Shown: piece by piece, positions 8,776 through 18,272 of the stretch
Layout of the letters: each line of letters starts with the position of its first letter
Position numbering within the stretch: position 1 is the first letter of the stretch
Virus record (IMG/VR): IMGVR_UViG_3300048020_000321
Coordinates: 1-45,278 of that record
DNA: 45,278 bases
Direction: 5' to 3' (one strand)
From: a virus
Lineage: Duplodnaviria > Caudoviricetes
The notes under the pieces: model-generated
Told to the model about the DNA's origin: nothing
Database searches by the model: none
Seen by the model: only the letters and a program-made list of their open reading frames with translations
Translations under genes and position numbers: made by a program

Positions 8776-10074
8776 ATGAAAACAAATTTTAATAATATAG
8801 ATGAATTAGGAAGAAGGGAATTTATCGCACACGCGGCAAAGGCGTGTTTTGGCGTTGGGTTGATGCCTATGGCTGGAGCCTATATACATAACAATGCTCA
8901 AGCTCTTGAAGTGGGGGCTAGATTAGCTTCTGCAAGGCATGTGATTTATCTCAACATGGCAGGAGCTATGTCCCATTTAGATACTTTTGGAACTAAACCT
9001 GATTGCCCTGATATTCAAGGGCCAACTAAATCTATCGCTACCAGCGCCGACGGAATATTACTTTCTGAGCATTTGCCTAAAACTGCACAATTAATGCATC
9101 AGGCATCAATAATCAAGACAATGGTAACGAGCCAAGGAGCGCATGAGCAAGCTAGCTACCTAATGCATACGAGCTACTTAAAAAGGGGTACTATAGTTCA
9201 CCCCACTTTCGGGAGTTGGGTATCTAAATTGTCTGGAGCAATCAACGAAACAATTCCATCTAATATTAAAATTGGTGGCGGAGGGCTGGGAGCTGGATTT
9301 CTTGAGTCAAAATATGGTCCACTATCCATAAATAACCCAAAGTCAGGGCTTGCAAATAGTAAACTAGCGGGATATCTAGATAAAGAGCATTTTCAAGGAA
9401 GAATATCTTTGATAGAAAAATTGAACACAAACTTCTCTACAGAATTCCCTCAGAAACAAATAAGAGCATATTCAGATTTATACAAAGACGCAATTAAGCT
9501 AATGAATAGTCAAGACTTAAAAGCTTTTGATATATCTAAAGAACCGGAAAATATACACAAACAATACGGCGCTTCGAATTTCGGACAGGGGTGCTTACTC
9601 GCAAGAAGACTAGTTGAAAACGGAGTGAGGTATGTAGAAGTAACCAGGGGTGGATGGGATACCCATGATAATAACTTCGATAGGGTTGGTGAAAATTGTG
9701 CGGATATAGATGGAGCCTTGAGCGCTTTATTGATCGACCTTGAAATGAGAGGTTTATTAAATGAAACTTTGGTCGTATTAACTTCTGAATTTGGGAGAAC
9801 TCCTAATATCAATGGTAGAGACGGAAGAGATCATTGGCCATATTGCTTTACCGCATTTATGGCTGGAGGAGGGGTTAAAGGAGGCTTTTCTTACGGAGAG
9901 GCAGACGACCAAGGTAGATCTCCTAAAGAGGGAAAGCCAATTAAGCCCGAGGATTTAAATGCAACAATAGGCTACTTATTGGGTTTAAAGTTGAATGATG
10001 TACAATATTCCCCATCTGGAAGACCTTTTACTGTAGCGAACAAAGGAACTCCTCTTTTCGACATACTGTCTTAA
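8776..10074 (+). CDS. DUF1501 family protein with Tat signal
   Basis: GRREFI twin-arginine signal, GAMSHLDTF, FGQGCLLARRLVENGV, GGWDTH, SEFGRTP and GRDHW. Confidence 0.92.
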   Translation: MKTNFNNIDELGRREFIAHAAKACFGVGLMPMAGAYIHNNAQALEVGARLASARHVIYLNMAGAMSHLDTFGTKPDCPDIQGPTKSIATSADGILLSEHLPKTAQLMHQASIIKTMVTSQGAHEQASYLMHTSYLKRGTIVHPTFGSWVSKLSGAINETIPSNIKIGGGGLGAGFLESKYGPLSINNPKSGLANSKLAGYLDKEHFQGRISLIEKLNTNFSTEFPQKQIRAYSDLYKDAIKLMNSQDLKAFDISKEPENIHKQYGASNFGQGCLLARRLVENGVRYVEVTRGGWDTHDNNFDRVGENCADIDGALSALLIDLEMRGLLNETLVVLTSEFGRTPNINGRDGRDHWPYCFTAFMAGGGVKGGFSYGEADDQGRSPKEGKPIKPEDLNATIGYLLGLKLNDVQYSPSGRPFTVANKGTPLFDILS

Positions 10075-10137
10075 AATTATAGGTGTAACCTAGTTCTCTT
10101 AAGCTAAGTAAAAGTTATTGACATAAGAGGTTTTGCG

Positions 10138-10166
10138 TTGACACTTGGTCAATAAAATGCTATTAT
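10138..10166 (+). promoter_or_regulatory. sigma70 promoter of nrdA
   Basis: TTGACA-17-TATTAT with an extended TG. Confidence 0.7.
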
Positions 10167-10178
10167 AATAACATCAAT

Positions 10179-12638
10179 ATGAATATCAACGTAAAAAAAC
10201 GAAACGGTAGACTCCAACCTTTTTTGGTAGAAAAAATAAACGCAAATGTAGAACGAGCATGCGAGGGAATCGAAGACGCCTCAGTCAGTGAGGTTTTACT
10301 AGATGCACAACTCCAACTATTCGACAAGATAACGACTAGCGAAATAGATACAGCTTTAATCCTTTCTGCTAGAGAAAAAATAGAAAAAGAACCGAACTAC
10401 AGCTTTGTTGCTGCAAGATTGCTTTTGAATACCGTATATAAAGAAGTCTTCAAAGAGGGGGTCGATTCAGACACGTTCAAGCTTCAATATAGAAAAAGCT
10501 TTATACAAAATGTAAAAAAATTAGTAAAGCTAGAAAAGCTTAACTCTAAAATGCTTGAATTTGATCTCACTAAATTATCTGAAGCTTTAAAGATAAGGAG
10601 AGATCAATCTTTTAAATATTTAGGCATTCAAATTTTAACCGATAGATATTTCATTAGACATGAAGATAAAATAATGGAAGCCCCACAATGCTTTTGGATG
10701 AGAGTCGCGATGGGTTTAGCAATTAACGAAGAAAATAAAGAAGAGTGGGCTATTAAGTTTTATGATATGTTTAGTCAGTTTTTGTATACATCTTCTACCC
10801 CGACTTTATTTAATAGCGGAACAACACATTCTCAATTAAGCTCTTGCTATTTAAACACTTTTGACGACAGTATTGATGGAATTTTTGATGGAGCTTGGCA
10901 GGAAGCTAGAAAAAGCAAGTATGCCGGAGGCCTTGGCTTTGATGTAACCCCATTTAGATCTGCAGGTTCTCACATAAAGGGAACAAATGGAATTTCTGGA
11001 GGTTTAATTCCTTGGTTAAAAATTTACAACGACTTGCTTGTTGCAGTCAATCAAGGAGGAAAACGACCAGGCGCAGGCTGTGCGTATTTAGAGCCTTGGC
11101 ATTTAGACTTTGAAGACTTTTTAAACCTTCGGAGAAACACTGGAGACGACAGGTTACGGTGCCACGATATGAACACGGCATCTTGGATTCCTGATGAATT
11201 CATGAGAAGAGTACAAAACGAAGATGTTTGGTACTTCTTTGACCCAACAGAAGCTGATTTACACGATTGTTTTGGGGTTGAGTTCGACGAAAAATATAAT
11301 GAGCTTTGTAGCCAAGCAGAGGAAGGGTTAATTAAAAACTATAGAATAACTCCCGCAAAAGAGTTATGGAAAAAAATGTTAAAAGTTTTGTTTGAAACTT
11401 CTCATCCATGGGCTACATTTAAAGACCCATGTAACATGCGCTATACAAACCAGCACGAAGGGGTTGTACATAGCAGTAATTTATGCACAGAAATTACCCT
11501 TCACACAAAAGCTTCAAAATACAACAAGGGTTATAAAACAGAAATTGGAGAAACCGCAGTATGTAACCTTGGATCAGTTAACTTGTTAAACCACATAAAT
11601 GAAGATGAAACCGATCTTGATTATGTAAAATTAGAGCGAACAATTCATACAGCAATCAGAGCGTTAGACAACGTTATAGATCTTAATTTTTACCCCACAA
11701 AAGAGGCGGAAAACAGTAATTTAAGACATCGCCCTATTGGTCTAGGCATGATGGCTCTTCACGATATTCTTCATAAAGTTAATATAAATATAGATAGCGA
11801 CGAAGCTGCAAAGTTTAATGATAAATTATTTGAGTTCTACTCTATGCACGCAATTTATGCTAGTTCATTACTAGCTGCGGAGCGAGGTCAATACGAAACT
11901 TACGAAGGGTCACTCTGGAGCAAAGGTGTATTCCCAATTGATTCTTACAACAACTTAATGGCTTACAGGGGCAAACAAAAAGCTCCTAAACAGTCCGTTA
12001 CAGGTAAGCCTCTTACGGGCAAAGGTCAAACTTTTGATGAGTGGGAAAAAATCAGGGCTCACGTTGGTGAATTTGGAATGAGAAACTCAAATGTCATGGC
12101 TATCGCTCCTACTGCAACGATAGGTTATATTAATGGAGTAGAGCAAAGTATTGAGCCTAATTTTTCTGTTCTTTTTGTTTATGAGAACAAAAGCGGTAAT
12201 TTTTATATCACCAACCAACACTTTATAAATGATATGAAAAAAGAAGGGTTGTGGAACCCAAACAACTCAAAATTAATTAAAGATGCTGATGGAGATTTAT
12301 CAGTATTAAATAGTGAGGTGCCCGAGTGGATAAAATTAAAATACAAAACAGCTTTTGATAGAGATATGTTTAAATTAATAGAATGCAATTCGGTCAGGCA
12401 AAAATGGATTGATCAGGCTATAAGTTTTAATTTATACAATAAAGGAACGTCTTTAAAATATTTAAACGATATGTATATGGCTTGCTGGGAAGCTGGATTA
12501 AAAACAACTTATTACCTAAGAAATAGGGCAGCATCAAAAGTTGAAAAATCTACAGGAGATTCAGAAAACGAAACGGAAGCCTCTGCATGCAGTATTGAAG
12601 CTATGAAAAATGGAGAAACTTGCGAAAGTTGTCAATAA
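10179..12638 (+). CDS. nrdA: Ribonucleotide reductase alpha subunit (class I, with ATP cone)
   Basis: VKKRNG ATP cone, TPTLFNSG, SSCYL, SNLCTEI, IAPTAT, IDQAIS, KTTYYLR and C-terminal CESC. Confidence 0.96.
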   Translation: MNINVKKRNGRLQPFLVEKINANVERACEGIEDASVSEVLLDAQLQLFDKITTSEIDTALILSAREKIEKEPNYSFVAARLLLNTVYKEVFKEGVDSDTFKLQYRKSFIQNVKKLVKLEKLNSKMLEFDLTKLSEALKIRRDQSFKYLGIQILTDRYFIRHEDKIMEAPQCFWMRVAMGLAINEENKEEWAIKFYDMFSQFLYTSSTPTLFNSGTTHSQLSSCYLNTFDDSIDGIFDGAWQEARKSKYAGGLGFDVTPFRSAGSHIKGTNGISGGLIPWLKIYNDLLVAVNQGGKRPGAGCAYLEPWHLDFEDFLNLRRNTGDDRLRCHDMNTASWIPDEFMRRVQNEDVWYFFDPTEADLHDCFGVEFDEKYNELCSQAEEGLIKNYRITPAKELWKKMLKVLFETSHPWATFKDPCNMRYTNQHEGVVHSSNLCTEITLHTKASKYNKGYKTEIGETAVCNLGSVNLLNHINEDETDLDYVKLERTIHTAIRALDNVIDLNFYPTKEAENSNLRHRPIGLGMMALHDILHKVNINIDSDEAAKFNDKLFEFYSMHAIYASSLLAAERGQYETYEGSLWSKGVFPIDSYNNLMAYRGKQKAPKQSVTGKPLTGKGQTFDEWEKIRAHVGEFGMRNSNVMAIAPTATIGYINGVEQSIEPNFSVLFVYENKSGNFYITNQHFINDMKKEGLWNPNNSKLIKDADGDLSVLNSEVPEWIKLKYKTAFDRDMFKLIECNSVRQKWIDQAISFNLYNKGTSLKYLNDMYMACWEAGLKTTYYLRNRAASKVEKSTGDSENETEASACSIEAMKNGETCESCQ

Positions 12639-12654
12639 CTGATCTTTTTTAACA

Positions 12655-12683
12655 TTGACTTCGTTATATTATAATGATATACT
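12655..12683 (+). promoter_or_regulatory. sigma70 promoter, leaderless spacing
   Basis: TTGACT-17-TATACT, then 6 nt, then ATG 12690. Confidence 0.75.
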
Positions 12684-12689
12684 ATAAAC

Positions 12690-13703
12690 ATGGAAGATAA
12701 AACAGGAAAATTACTAACTAAAGATATAGCGGGGGTAAATAGAATTTTACCACATAAACATAAATACGCATGGGATTTATTTTTAAAAAGTTGCGCAAAT
12801 AACTGGATGCCAACAGAAATCAGCATGCAGAATGACATTAAACAATGGAAAAATAATGAAATTACAGAAGATGAAAAATTACTTGTTAAACGCTGCCTTG
12901 GGTTTTTTGCTGGATCTGAGTCTTTGGTTGGTAATAATCTTTTGTTATCTGCCTTTCGCTATGTTACGGACGCTGAATGCCGCCAGTACATTCTTAGGCA
13001 AGCGTTTGAAGAAAGCCTTCACAACCTTACGGTAGTTTATATTTGTGACAGCCTAGACCTCGACATAGAAGAAGTGTTTGCTGCATACGAAACAATTCCA
13101 AGCATCAAGGCTAAAGATGACTTTTTAATGCAGATTACTAATGATATTAGCGCACAAGATTTTAACGCAAACACAAAAGAAGGTAAGCAAGAAATACTTA
13201 GAAATTTCCTAACATACTGGATTGTTTGTGAAGGTACCTTTTTCTTTAGTGGATTCGCGATGCTTTTGGCTCTGGGGAGGCAAAACAAGCTTCAAGGTAT
13301 ATCTGACCAAATAAAGTATACATTAAGAGACGAGAGCTCGCATATAGCTTTTGGAACTTATGTTATTAATACAATCATCGAGCAAGAACCCTCTATTTGG
13401 ACAAAGAAGATGCAGAATGAATTTGTTGAACACATGAAGAAAGCAGTAGAGTTAGAAATTGCTTACGCGCACGATGTTTTGCCGACTGGGATTTTAGGTT
13501 TAAATGCGGACATGTTCGTCGAATATATGCATTATATAGGAAATAGAAGATTAGAAGCTATAGGTCTAGATTATAGGTTTCCGAGTGATAAAAACCCTTT
13601 TCCTTGGCTGGGTGAGGTAGTAGATGTTCAAGCCATGGGAAACTTCTTCGAAAGAAGGGTTCGAGAATACCAACAAAGCGGCTCGCTTGATGACGATTTT
13701 TAA
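12690..13703 (+). CDS. nrdB: Ribonucleotide reductase beta subunit, class Ic (R2c)-like
   Basis: Ferritin-like ligand motifs FFAGSE77, E108SLH111, EGTFF and DESSH. Val115 sits at the radical-Tyr position. Confidence 0.93.
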   Translation: MEDKTGKLLTKDIAGVNRILPHKHKYAWDLFLKSCANNWMPTEISMQNDIKQWKNNEITEDEKLLVKRCLGFFAGSESLVGNNLLLSAFRYVTDAECRQYILRQAFEESLHNLTVVYICDSLDLDIEEVFAAYETIPSIKAKDDFLMQITNDISAQDFNANTKEGKQEILRNFLTYWIVCEGTFFFSGFAMLLALGRQNKLQGISDQIKYTLRDESSHIAFGTYVINTIIEQEPSIWTKKMQNEFVEHMKKAVELEIAYAHDVLPTGILGLNADMFVEYMHYIGNRRLEAIGLDYRFPSDKNPFPWLGEVVDVQAMGNFFERRVREYQQSGSLDDDF

Positions 13704-13724
13704 TTTTGGTTATTAGTTATGGCC

Positions 13725-13747
13725 AGCCGCCTTCGGGCGGCTTTTTT
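13725..13747 (+). terminator. Intrinsic terminator
   Basis: AGCCGCC-TTCG-GGCGGCT followed by a T tract; nearly identical to the one at 4729. Confidence 0.9.
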
Positions 13748-13757
13748 ATTTATAAGC

Positions 13758-13786
13758 TTGACATTATGATTCGTTTCTGCTAAAAT
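13758..13786 (+). promoter_or_regulatory. sigma70 promoter, leaderless spacing
   Basis: TTGACA-17-TAAAAT, then 6 nt, then ATG 13793. Confidence 0.8.
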
Positions 13787-13792
13787 GTATGC

Positions 13793-14560
13793 ATGTTACC
13801 ATTATTCAAAAGCCACTTCTCAATAGGAAAAAGTATATTAACTCTAGATGATCCATCTAAACATAAAGAAGGGAAAGCTGACAGTATTTTCTCTATAGCT
13901 AAAGATAATAACCTGGATGAGGTCGTATTAGTAGAAGACTCTTTAACGGGTTTTCTTCAAGCAAAAAAAGTAGCCGACTCAATAGGGGTTAAATTAATTT
14001 TTGGATTAAGGTTGGATATGTGCGAGAATGCATTCATGAATCCTAAGGAAGAATCTGTAAAATCTAGACATAAGATAATTGTGTTTGCAAAAAACTCTGA
14101 AGGTTGCATATTGTTAAATTCAATATACAGTGAAGCTTTCTCAGAAGCGTACAACGCAGTTGATCAAAAAATCATCAAAAAATACTGGAACAATAAAAAT
14201 CTAACTCTGGCAATACCTTTTTATGATTCTTTTATCTTTAACAACACAATTAAATTCAGCAGCTGCACTCCCAATTTTTCATTCACAGAGCCAACGTTTT
14301 TTCTCGAAAACAATAGCCTTCCATTTGATTTATTGCTTAGGGCAAATGTGCTAAAATTCTGTAAAAATAACGGCCATAACACAGAATTAGTAAAAAGTAT
14401 TTTTTATAAAAATAAAAAAGACGTATCGGCGCTTCAAACTTATAAATGTATAACAGGAAGAACTTTTGGAAACAAAACCTTGTCAAAACCCAATTTAGAT
14501 CATTTTGGAAGTAATGAGTTTTGTTTTGAAAGCTGGAAGGATCAAAAAAATGCAGTATAA
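13793..14560 (+). CDS. Stand-alone PHP domain (N-terminal part of a split DnaE)
   Basis: KSHFSIGKSI, GVKLIFGLRL and IIVFAKNSEGC..L match the N-terminus of Pol III alpha. Metal ligands look degenerate. Confidence 0.8.
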   Translation: MLPLFKSHFSIGKSILTLDDPSKHKEGKADSIFSIAKDNNLDEVVLVEDSLTGFLQAKKVADSIGVKLIFGLRLDMCENAFMNPKEESVKSRHKIIVFAKNSEGCILLNSIYSEAFSEAYNAVDQKIIKKYWNNKNLTLAIPFYDSFIFNNTIKFSSCTPNFSFTEPTFFLENNSLPFDLLLRANVLKFCKNNGHNTELVKSIFYKNKKDVSALQTYKCITGRTFGNKTLSKPNLDHFGSNEFCFESWKDQKNAV

Positions 14561-15074
14561 ATTAATACAGCCAAACAAAATATATGTTGACCAATCCAAT
14601 ATAAAAGGAAGAGGGGTTTTTGCTTCAGAAGGTATAGATAAAGGAGAGATCATAGAGCAGTGTCACTTTATAGTGTCTGGATGTCCCACAGAAATGCAGG
14701 ACAAGGAGTTGGCGAGGTTTGTTTTTAATATATTCTTTGATAAAAAATTATCCAAAGAAGAAAATGATAAAATTTCTTTTAAAATAAACCTTCTTTCTGC
14801 ATTTGAAGACGAAGGAATTACCGATCATTTAAAAAAATTCCTAGAGGATTTAGGCTACTTAGACATGAACAAGCTTTTTAATTCGGCAACTGTTCTTGGT
14901 AATGGAATGATATACAACCACTCAAAAAACAACAATATAGACTATGAAGTTGACATTAAAAATATGATATTTGAATATACAGCAAATAAAAAAATAAAAA
15001 AAGGAGAAGAATTATTAATAAACTACGGAGAACAATACTGGAAAAATCATGAAGGAACAGCTACTGAGATTTAA
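14550..15074 (+). CDS. SET-domain protein (putative lysine methyltransferase)
   Basis: Motifs KGRGVFA, YNHSKNNN and KGEELLINYGEQYW. Confidence 0.85.
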   Translation: MQYKLIQPNKIYVDQSNIKGRGVFASEGIDKGEIIEQCHFIVSGCPTEMQDKELARFVFNIFFDKKLSKEENDKISFKINLLSAFEDEGITDHLKKFLEDLGYLDMNKLFNSATVLGNGMIYNHSKNNNIDYEVDIKNMIFEYTANKKIKKGEELLINYGEQYWKNHEGTATEI

Positions 15075-15696
15075 AAATAAACAAAAATATTTACTTTTTG
15101 ATTACGAAACATGTAATTTAAATTTAATTTCCGGACACAACAAGCCGTGGCAATTAGCTTTTCTTGTTATAGAAAACAATAAAGTTGTAAAGGAAAAAGA
15201 TTACTGGCTTAAGTGGGACGACCTTAGAGTTTCTCCAGAAGCTGCAAAAATTACGGGATTTACTCAAGCTAAATACAAAAAGAATGCTATAGACCCTCAA
15301 CTAGCTCTTGACGATTTTGAAAAATACCTGTATGACGATTCCTATATTAAGGTGGGTCATAATTTATTAGGGTTCGATGTTTACATGCACAATCTTCACA
15401 GAAAATTAATCAATCCTAGGGCTAAATCAGACTTCTCGTATATGGATAATTTGGTAGACACCTTGTCTTTAGCAAAAGCGCTCAAAAAACAAATTAAATT
15501 AAATAATGAAGATAACCTCCTAGCCTGGCAGTATAGATTAAACCATTTAATTGAAAGAGGGCTTTCCTGCAACCTTAAACAGTGCTGTAAGGATTTTGAC
15601 GTCCCTTTTGACGCGACTAAATTACATGACGCATTATATGACATTAGAGTTAATTATGAAGTTTTTAAGAAAATGATATGGGAGATAGAGATATGA
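15049..15696 (+). CDS. dnaQ: DEDDh 3'-5' exonuclease (DnaQ/epsilon-like)
   Basis: Motifs FDYET, GHNLLGFD and LHDALYD. Confidence 0.88.
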   Translation: MKEQLLRFKNKQKYLLFDYETCNLNLISGHNKPWQLAFLVIENNKVVKEKDYWLKWDDLRVSPEAAKITGFTQAKYKKNAIDPQLALDDFEKYLYDDSYIKVGHNLLGFDVYMHNLHRKLINPRAKSDFSYMDNLVDTLSLAKALKKQIKLNNEDNLLAWQYRLNHLIERGLSCNLKQCCKDFDVPFDATKLHDALYDIRVNYEVFKKMIWEIEI

Positions 15697-18251
15697 GTTT
15701 TACAGATAAATTTACAGATTATAAAGAATGTTGCCCTCCAGGGGTGCGCTTACCTGAAATAAAAATTGAACAAAAGTATTATGACATGCTTGAGGCAGAT
15801 AATACTATATCCAATTACGACTTCCTTCGCAAGCTGTGCCACAAAGGTGTGTTTGACAAAGGAATAGATAAATACAAAAATAAAAAAGATTACTTTGATC
15901 GCGCAAAATCAGAATTAAAAATATTAAATGAACTAGGATTTATTGATTATATTTTATTAAATTGGGATATTATTAATTTTTGTCACGAAAATGATATTCC
16001 TACTGGCCCCGGAAGAGGTTCGGCTGCAGGATCGCTTGTTTTATATTTAATTGGAGTAACAGATGTAGACCCCGTAAAGTATAATTTATTCTTCGAAAGG
16101 TTTGTATCTAAAAGCCGAGCAAAGAAAACTATCAAAAATGGAATAACATTTTTAGATGGAAGCCTTCTGGCGGACGTTGACAATGACATTGCTTATGAAA
16201 GAAGGGTAGAAGTCATAGAATATATCGAAAAAAAACACCCATCTAGAACAGCTAAAATACTAACCCTGAATACTTTAAGCGGAAAGCTATGCGTCAAAGA
16301 ATGTGGTAAAATAGTAGGGGGATTTAGCGAACAAGATGTCAATTTAATCAGCACAACTATACCTAAAAAATTTGGAGTAGTGCTGCCCTTGCTTTCGGCA
16401 TTACAAGAAAGCGAAAAATTCGCAGATTGGGCTTCTGAAAACTCAGAAACTTTAGAGATCGCATTAAAACTTGAAGGTTTAAATAAAAACACAGGGGTTC
16501 ATCCCAGCGGAATAGCTATTTCGCATAGTACAATAACCGACATTTGCCCTGTACAAAAAACAAATGATGGAAATTTAGTTACGGGTTACGACATGAATTG
16601 GGTGTCAGAATTGATGGTTAAATTTGATATTCTTGGCTTGAGAACTTTGAGCGTCATTTATGACGTCTGCAAAACTATAAATCAGGATATATCTCAAATG
16701 GACCTAAACGATTCAAAAATCTTCAAACCTTTGCAGTCGTTAAAGAGCCCCCATGGATTGTTTCAACTAGAATCAGATACAAACTTTAAGGTTTGTAAAA
16801 AAATCAAACCAAAAAGCCTCGAGCAGTTGAGTGCTGTAGTTGCTATCGGTAGGCCAGGAGCTTTAGACTTCTTAGATGCCTATGTCACATATTCTGAAAC
16901 TGGAGATCCTCAAGTAATACACGAATTCTTTAGAGATGTTTTGGACTATACAGGAGGGATTCCTCTTTATCAGGAGCAATTAATGCAGATGGCTGTTAAA
17001 GTTGGTTTCACCTTGGACGAGTCTGAACAATTAAGAAGGATAGTGGGCAAAAAGAAAATCGACCAAATGCCAGCATGGAAAGCTAAAATCCAGCAAAAAA
17101 TAATAGAAAATGATCTCCCTACAGAAGTGGGAGAGGTCTTGTGGAGGGTGGCTGAGGACAGCGCAAACTATTCTTTTAATAAATCTCACTCGCTAGCGTA
17201 TGCAACATTAGCTGCGTGGACCGCTTATCTTAAATTTAATTACCCACAAGAGTTCTTTATGTCGCTGCTGAAGATGACGAAGTATGAACCGGCCCCACAA
17301 GAAGAAATAGCCTCCATATCAAGAGAGCTTTCTAATTTTGGAATCAGATTACTTTCTCCAGATTTAGCTAAATCTAAAATGGATTTTTCTTCAGAAGGGA
17401 AAGACATAAGATTTGGTCTTAATAGTATTAAAGGAGTCAGCGAAAAGTCGCTAAAATCCTTAAGGGATTTTAGATCAACCGAAACCCCAACAAAGTATGA
17501 TATCTTCTTGGCTGCAAAACAAGCAGGTCTTAATATAGGTATATTATCAGCCCTCTGCCAGGCCGGGGCTCTTGAAAGCAAAGGTTCGAATAGATCATTA
17601 ATGGCGCTAGAAGCTCAAGCATTTAACCTGCTAACAGACAGAGAAAAAAGAAATTTCATACTCATTGGAAAAGAATATGATTATAAATTATTAAACTGCA
17701 TAGCAGATGCGAAAAATCAAGAAATGGTGGGAGATGATGGCAGGCCACTAATGAAAGAGTCTAGATTTAAAACTTTCAAAAAAAAATACAGCATTTACAA
17801 ATCTATTTATGATAGAAATAAATCCTATGAAAAGTTTGCTAATTGGTATTTTGAAAATGAATTGTTGGGCTATAGCCATAGCTCTAAATTAAAAAACTGT
17901 TTCAAGGATATTTATAAAGATTTAAAAGATTCTAGGGATTTAGAGGTAATGGAAAAGGATGATGGGGGTAAATTTATAGGGGTGGTAGAGGATTCCTTGA
18001 AAGCCACATCAAGAAATGGAAATAAATATATAAAACTTTCAATGTCTGATGAAAATGGAAAATGGGACGCAATGCTTTTGAATTCCAGAAGGGGTAATTT
18101 TTATGACAGATATTTTGAAAAAAACAGCAAAGCTCCGGCCAAAAAAAATATTGTAGTAGTTTACGGAAGAAAAGCGGAGGATATAATATTTTTAGACTCA
18201 ATAAAAATTATGGACGAAAAGATATATATGAAAATGTCTGAAGTTAAGTAA
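15693..18251 (+). CDS. dnaE: DNA polymerase III alpha catalytic core (lacks PHP)
   Basis: GPGRGSAAGSLV, DVDND, KFDILGL, YQEQLM, FNKSHS, HhH and C-terminal OB fold. ATGA overlap with the exonuclease gene. Confidence 0.95.
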   Translation: MSFTDKFTDYKECCPPGVRLPEIKIEQKYYDMLEADNTISNYDFLRKLCHKGVFDKGIDKYKNKKDYFDRAKSELKILNELGFIDYILLNWDIINFCHENDIPTGPGRGSAAGSLVLYLIGVTDVDPVKYNLFFERFVSKSRAKKTIKNGITFLDGSLLADVDNDIAYERRVEVIEYIEKKHPSRTAKILTLNTLSGKLCVKECGKIVGGFSEQDVNLISTTIPKKFGVVLPLLSALQESEKFADWASENSETLEIALKLEGLNKNTGVHPSGIAISHSTITDICPVQKTNDGNLVTGYDMNWVSELMVKFDILGLRTLSVIYDVCKTINQDISQMDLNDSKIFKPLQSLKSPHGLFQLESDTNFKVCKKIKPKSLEQLSAVVAIGRPGALDFLDAYVTYSETGDPQVIHEFFRDVLDYTGGIPLYQEQLMQMAVKVGFTLDESEQLRRIVGKKKIDQMPAWKAKIQQKIIENDLPTEVGEVLWRVAEDSANYSFNKSHSLAYATLAAWTAYLKFNYPQEFFMSLLKMTKYEPAPQEEIASISRELSNFGIRLLSPDLAKSKMDFSSEGKDIRFGLNSIKGVSEKSLKSLRDFRSTETPTKYDIFLAAKQAGLNIGILSALCQAGALESKGSNRSLMALEAQAFNLLTDREKRNFILIGKEYDYKLLNCIADAKNQEMVGDDGRPLMKESRFKTFKKKYSIYKSIYDRNKSYEKFANWYFENELLGYSHSSKLKNCFKDIYKDLKDSRDLEVMEKDDGGKFIGVVEDSLKATSRNGNKYIKLSMSDENGKWDAMLLNSRRGNFYDRYFEKNSKAPAKKNIVVVYGRKAEDIIFLDSIKIMDEKIYMKMSEVK

Positions 18252-18272
18252 ATCAGGTGTAAAAATATGAAG

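Noticed and set aside
13793-18251. Split intein or intron joining the polymerase pieces
   Set aside because: No intein termini (C/S start, HN-C end) or homing endonuclease seen; the genes abut with ordinary overlaps.
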